From: Elusimicrobiota bacterium
GTDB lineage: Bacteria > Elusimicrobiota > Elusimicrobia > UBA1565
NCBI GenBank assembly: GCA_043819795.1
Contig: JBDREN010000161.1
Coordinates: 1 to 18,974, forward strand
Reading direction: 5' to 3'
DNA: 18,974 nt
The translations under genes and the position numbers were made by a program. Below are positions 15,187-18,974 of this stretch, piece after piece. The notes beneath the pieces are model-generated. The model was not told the origin of the DNA. It was given only the letters and a program-made list of their open reading frames with translations, and did not search any database. Numbering within the stretch: the stretch's first letter is position 1; every line of letters begins with the position of its first letter.

Positions 15187-15980
15187 GGATCGCCCGCCTC
15201 GCCCTTTCCCGTCTCAGCCACGCCCGTTTCGGCCTCACGTGCCTGGCCCTTGTCCGTATCGGCCTCGCCCGTCTCGACCTCGCGTGCCTCGCTCTCGCCC
15301 GTCTCAGCCACGTCCGTTTCGGCCTCACGTGCCTGGCCCTTGTCCGTATCGGCCTCGCCCGTCTCGGCCTCGCGTGCCTCGCTCTCGTCCGGCTCGGGCT
15401 CGCCCGTCTCGGCCAGACGCTTCTCCATGCGCAAAGCTTGCGCCTCGCCCGCGGGCTCGGTATCGGCCACCGCGAACCCGGCGGCCTCAAAGAGCTTGCG
15501 GCTCCCGCGATACGCCTCCTCTTCGGAGCCCGGATCGACTGGGTAGGCCTCGACAGCGACGGCCCCGGCGCGGCGGGCCTCTTCGACGACGAGGTCGACG
15601 ATCGGGCGGACGTAGCCGCGGTCGCGATACGAGAACCCGATCGCCAGGCAGGCGACGCACCATACCGAATCCGACCAGGGACCGAGACGGCTGCCGGGCT
15701 GGTCCTTGAGCCCCGGGAACGCCGTCTTCGGGCCGGAACCGGTCCAGCCGATCACGGCCCCGTCGTTCTCGCGCACCGCGAGGAACCCGACGTGCTCCCC
15801 CGCCCTGAGACGCGCACGCGTGCATTCGAGGTTCTCATGAGGCCGGCTCCCGCAACGGTCGGCCCATTGGCCGTCGGAATCCGCCCAGCGCGAGCAGTAG
15901 CATCCGCCGAACTCCCGGCCCGAAAGAAGGCGCTCGAAATCCGCGAAGCCCCGGGCGTCGAGGCGCTGCAGCTTGATCAT
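15183..15980 (-). CDS. GNAT family N-acetyltransferase with acidic repetitive C-terminal tail, 265 aa
   Basis: Start at ATG 15980 (ATGA overlap, SD GGAGGAGG); GCYCSRW, VIGW, VWCVACLAIGFSYRDRGY (motif A-like), VEAYPVD, LFEAAGF. Confidence 0.8.
   Translation of the reverse strand: MIKLQRLDARGFADFERLLSGREFGGCYCSRWADSDGQWADRCGSRPHENLECTRARLRAGEHVGFLAVRENDGAVIGWTGSGPKTAFPGLKDQPGSRLGPWSDSVWCVACLAIGFSYRDRGYVRPIVDLVVEEARRAGAVAVEAYPVDPGSEEEAYRGSRKLFEAAGFAVADTEPAGEAQALRMEKRLAETGEPEPDESEAREAETGEADTDKGQAREAETDVAETGESEAREVETGEADTDKGQAREAETGVAETGKGEAGDP
15208..15387. repeat. Two tandem 90-bp copies within the GNAT 3' end
   Basis: 15208-15297 and 15298-15387 differ at two positions (15223/15313 and 15277/15367); underlying 15-bp periodicity. 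Confidence 0.92.
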
Positions 15981-17143
15981 TCCTCCTCCTCGACCTTCTT
16001 GAGGCGAAGCGTCGTATGGGTCGCCTTGTGCCCAAGCCGCTGCAGGCGGTCCCGGAGGTCCAGCGGGAGGTTGGGGTCCTTCAGGAGCTTCTGCACCTTC
16101 GGGGCCAGAGGGCCGATGATCTGGTCCCAGAAGCCCGCCGACCGGATGACCTCCAGGACCTTGAGCTTGTTCTCCTTGCTGAACTCCCAATGGTCGTCCT
16201 TATGGGCGGTGACCGCGTAGCGTCGGCCGAACGCGCGCACATACTCCAGCTCGTCTAGGGCCGCCGTGATGCCCTTCTTGAGCTCCTCGGCTTTGGCCTC
16301 CCGCTCGTGGATATCCTCCTTGAGCTTGCCGTAGCGGTCCACGAGCTTCGCGAGCTTCTCGTCCGACACGGCGGCGGCCGAGGCCGGGCGCGCGCCCGCC
16401 GGGGCCTGCTTCTCCGCGTAGAGATGCTTGAATACGGGGCATAGCGGCTTGTAGTCGCACCAGCCGCACTTGCGCTCATCGGGCTTCGGGTCGAAGTTGC
16501 CGGCCTTGATGGAGCCGGCCACCTGGACGATCCGCTCGCGGAGGGCCCGGACCTGCTCTTCCGAATGGGGCTGCACAGTCAACGCGGTCTGGGAGGGCAG
16601 GTGGTAGAAGCAGAGGCTGTCGACCTTCAGGCCCAGCATCTGCTCGCAGGCCATCTGGTACATGGTCAGCTGCGCGTCGGTCGCCACCCGGGACTTGGGG
16701 ATCGCCTTGCCCGTCTTGTAGTCCACGATCGCGATCCGGTCGTCGCCGACCTTGTCGATGCGGTCGACGAACCCGCGGACCGGGATGCCGTCCACCTCGA
16801 GGCTGAATCCGTACTCGATGAAGTAGGGGATCTTGAAGGCCTCGATGTGCTTCCCGTAGTACTCCTCGATCATCCGGACGCCCTGGGCCTTGTATTCGGC
16901 CTCCTGCTGCTCGTTCTGGTAGCCCTCGGAGATCCACTTCCCATGGTAATGATTGAGGACGTCCTCGAGGCTCGGCGGGGGCAGGGTCTGGACGTTGTAG
17001 AGGTACTCCAACGCCGTATGCATCGCCTTGCCGAAGGAGAAGAAATGCTTGGGTTTCTCGGCGATCTTGTCGACGTACTTGAACTGCCACTTCTTGGGAC
17101 AATCCAGGTACAGATATATCGATGAGTGGGACAGCGCGCGCAT
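15977..17143 (-). CDS. PD-(D/E)XK nuclease, RecB/AddB/Cas4-like with predicted Fe-S cluster
   Basis: SHSSI..YLDCP, GKAMHTALE, E..F, RGFVDRID, IVDYKTG, QLTMY, CGWCDYKPLCP (N-terminal Cys plus CX2CX5C). Confidence 0.9.
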   Translation of the reverse strand: MRALSHSSIYLYLDCPKKWQFKYVDKIAEKPKHFFSFGKAMHTALEYLYNVQTLPPPSLEDVLNHYHGKWISEGYQNEQQEAEYKAQGVRMIEEYYGKHIEAFKIPYFIEYGFSLEVDGIPVRGFVDRIDKVGDDRIAIVDYKTGKAIPKSRVATDAQLTMYQMACEQMLGLKVDSLCFYHLPSQTALTVQPHSEEQVRALRERIVQVAGSIKAGNFDPKPDERKCGWCDYKPLCPVFKHLYAEKQAPAGARPASAAAVSDEKLAKLVDRYGKLKEDIHEREAKAEELKKGITAALDELEYVRAFGRRYAVTAHKDDHWEFSKENKLKVLEVIRSAGFWDQIIGPLAPKVQKLLKDPNLPLDLRDRLQRLGHKATHTTLRLKKVEEEE

Positions 17144-17151
17144 ACGCGGCT

Positions 17152-17160
17152 ATTGTAACA
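17152..17160 (-). promoter_or_regulatory. Extended -10 promoter for the nuclease operon
   Basis: TGTTACAAT on the - strand (TGn + TACAAT, 17157-17152), 8 nt before ATG 17143, in a 20-nt AT-rich gap. Confidence 0.65.
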
Positions 17161-17163
17161 AAA

Positions 17164-17985
17164 TCATCGTACCCGCGCCGTCTCGGGGACGCTGTAGGCG
17201 GCCAGCTCCGTATTCGGGTTCTCGGCGCCCGGGACGCCGACCGTCGTCTTGACCAATCCGATGTCGGGGCAATAGTACTCGTAGACCCAAGAGGGGTAGC
17301 CGGCCGTGTGCGCCCTGACCTTGATGCAGCCGGAGAAGCGCCCGCCCCGCGTCCGGACGGCGAGGTCGTCGGCCTCGACCCGGTAGCGGATCGTCCGGCC
17401 CTCGCGGCGGATCTTCCAGCTCCTGCCGGCCCGGAAAGGATACCTGAGGATGGGGACCTTGTCCCCGTCCGCGCTCTGCCAGACGCTCCAGCCCTCCTTC
17501 GCGTAGCCGCGCCGGTACGGACGGAAGCTCTCCTTCCCCGCGAAGTAGGAGCCCGCGATCTCGCCGCGGACGCCCCCGGTGGAGCTCGTCACCTCGATCT
17601 CCAGCCGCATGTTCTTTCCGCCGCTCAAAGTGTCGACGAAGGTCCACTTGGAGCCGGCGCGCAGGGGGAAGTAGTCCGGACACGTGATCAGGCCCAAGCG
17701 CGCCGGCTCCGCGAAGGGGCCCCCGGCACGGGCCGCCCGCTCGTAGAGCCGGACCGCCTCGGGGCAACGGCCGAGCGCCTCGGCGTACAGGCGCCCGGCG
17801 CGGTAGCAGGCTTCGGGGATCCGCGGGTCGCCCGGATGGCGGCGCACAAGCCGCTCGTAAGCCTCCACGGCGCGCGGCACGTCGCCCTTCTCCTCCAGAT
17901 GGCGAGCCTGCCTGTAGGCGAGGTCGGCGCCGCAGCCCGTCATCAGAAGCGAAGCAAGCAGGCAGCCAATCCCGATGCGCATCAT
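17164..17985 (-). CDS. Putative lipoprotein with TPR repeats and a beta-rich C-terminal domain
   Basis: Signal peptide with lipobox LMTG-C; TPR-like AVEAYERLVRRHPG..IPEACYRAGRLY and EAVRLYERAA; DYFPLRAGSKWTF...YYCPDIGLVK C-terminal domain. Confidence 0.75.
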   Translation of the reverse strand: MMRIGIGCLLASLLMTGCGADLAYRQARHLEEKGDVPRAVEAYERLVRRHPGDPRIPEACYRAGRLYAEALGRCPEAVRLYERAARAGGPFAEPARLGLITCPDYFPLRAGSKWTFVDTLSGGKNMRLEIEVTSSTGGVRGEIAGSYFAGKESFRPYRRGYAKEGWSVWQSADGDKVPILRYPFRAGRSWKIRREGRTIRYRVEADDLAVRTRGGRFSGCIKVRAHTAGYPSWVYEYYCPDIGLVKTTVGVPGAENPNTELAAYSVPETARVR

Positions 17986-18743
17986 TCCTCCATGAGACCC
18001 TGTTCTCGGAAGCTGAAATACCGGCAGTCGGTGACCACCACGTGGTCCAAGAGCGGGATCCCGAGTATCCTGCCCGCCTGCGCGAGGCGCCTGGTGGTCT
18101 CCCGGTCCTCTCCGGACGGTTTCGGATTGCCCGACGGATGGTTGTGGGCGATGATCACCCCCGCCGCCGAGCGCTCGATGGCCGGGCCGAACACCTCGCG
18201 CGGATGCACCAGGCTCGCGGTGAGCGTGCCGATCGAAACCGTCTCCCGGTGGGCGAGCCGGTTGCAGGCGTCGAGATAGAAGGCGACGAAGTACTCCTTG
18301 CGCTTGCCGCGCAGAGCGCTCAACTCGAGCCAGACCCGCTGAGGCGAGTCGAGCAGGGGGCCCTCGTCGGAGCCGCGACTCTCCCAGCGGCGTCCGAGCT
18401 CCAGCGCCGCGGCCAGGACCGCCGCGCGGCTCCGGCCCACACCCTTCTGGCGGCTGAGTTCGCGGACAGGCAGGCGCCCGAGGGTCCCGTCCGGGTAGCG
18501 GCGCAGGAGGCCCCGAGCCAGGTCGAGGACCCCGCAGCCCGCGTAGCCGGTCCGGAGCACGACGGCCAGAAGCTCCTCATCCCGCAAAGCCCGGGGACCC
18601 CGTTCGAACAGCCGCTCGCGCGGCCGCTCGACGGGATGCAGGTCCGCGACCCGTAGGCCCGCGATTTCCGGGGCCGGCGCGCCCGGGTAGCCGCGAAGCC
18701 GGCAGCGGCCGTCCGCGGACAGCGCCTCACCGCCCGGCATCAT
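17982..18743 (-). CDS. radC: RadC/UPF0758 JAB-domain protein
   Basis: ERPRERL, ELLAVVLRTG, HhH-like KGVGRSRA, SIGTLTASLVHPREVF, AHNHPSGNPKPSGED, LLDHVVV; strong SD GGAGGAGG before ATG 18743. Confidence 0.93.
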   Translation of the reverse strand: MMPGGEALSADGRCRLRGYPGAPAPEIAGLRVADLHPVERPRERLFERGPRALRDEELLAVVLRTGYAGCGVLDLARGLLRRYPDGTLGRLPVRELSRQKGVGRSRAAVLAAALELGRRWESRGSDEGPLLDSPQRVWLELSALRGKRKEYFVAFYLDACNRLAHRETVSIGTLTASLVHPREVFGPAIERSAAGVIIAHNHPSGNPKPSGEDRETTRRLAQAGRILGIPLLDHVVVTDCRYFSFREQGLMEE

Positions 18744-18974
18744 ACCGCTCCTCCTCCCCCTCGATCGGCGGCGACCCGGCAGGGGAGCCGTGCCCGGCGC
18801 CCTCGGTAACTGCGTCGGCGTCAGGGTGCTGCGACCCGGCAGGGGAGCCGTGCCCGGCGCCCTCGGTAACTGCGTCGGCGTCAGGGTGCGGCGACCCGGC
18901 AGGGGAGCCGTGCCCGGCGCCCTCGGTAACTGCGTCGGCGTCAGGGTGCGGCGACCCGGCAGGGGAGTCGTGCC
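18727..18974 (-). CDS. 3' end of an upstream gene with 20-aa tandem repeats (PDADAVTEGAGHGSPAGSPH), partial
   Basis: Open - strand frame through the 60-bp repeat ending ...PPIEGEEERYDAGR* at TGA 18729-18727, overlapping the radC start; frame assignment is inferred. Confidence 0.45.
   Translation of the reverse strand, partial: HDSPAGSPHPDADAVTEGAGHGSPAGSPHPDADAVTEGAGHGSPAGSQHPDADAVTEGAGHGSPAGSPPIEGEEERYDAGR
18768..18974. repeat. 60-bp tandem repeat, at least 3.4 copies, running off the right edge
   Basis: Unit GCGGCGACCCGGCAGGGGAGCCGTGCCCGGCGCCCTCGGTAACTGCGTCGGCGTCAGGGT; only two variant positions seen (18830, 18968). Confidence 0.95.

Noticed and set aside
15177..16220. + strand 347-aa ORF with Leu-rich pentapeptide repeats (LARLG, LACLA)
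   Set aside because: It is the antisense reading of the GNAT repeat tail and overlaps two well-supported - strand genes.
18768..18974. CRISPR or other guide-RNA array linked to the Cas4-like nuclease
   Set aside because: Units are identical end to end with no unique spacers, and no cas1, cas2 or effector gene is in the window.

Overview
A very GC-rich bacterial chromosomal segment (roughly 70% GC by eye; the lineage cannot be fixed from the sequence alone), densely packed with mostly housekeeping genes in translationally coupled operons. On the + strand: mtnA, a DAACS-family symporter, a 55-aa membrane peptide, cutA, an FNR-like flavoprotein, Maf and a histidine-kinase-like protein; then a Yip1-like membrane protein; lipA, a pteridine-reductase-type SDR and queD; and trxB. 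On the - strand: a HEAT-repeat protein, a GH1 glycosidase, and a long block from the right edge (repeat-rich partial ORF, radC, TPR lipoprotein, Fe-S PD-(D/E)XK nuclease, GNAT with an acidic repeat tail, YjbQ, glycerol-kinase-like FGGY kinase). The most notable points are (i) three enzymes with altered catalytic or substrate motifs (kinase with Phe at the phospho-His position, FNR with degenerate motifs, GlpK-like kinase with changed glycerol-binding residues), (ii) the coupled nuclease-GNAT-YjbQ unit, (iii) 90-bp and 60-bp tandem repeats, (iv) several near-consensus sigma70 promoters placed to give nearly leaderless mRNAs, and (v) a possible phage-like ORF and orphan terminator at the left edge. 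I saw no rRNA, tRNA, transposase or CRISPR array, and I cannot establish a new system from this window alone.
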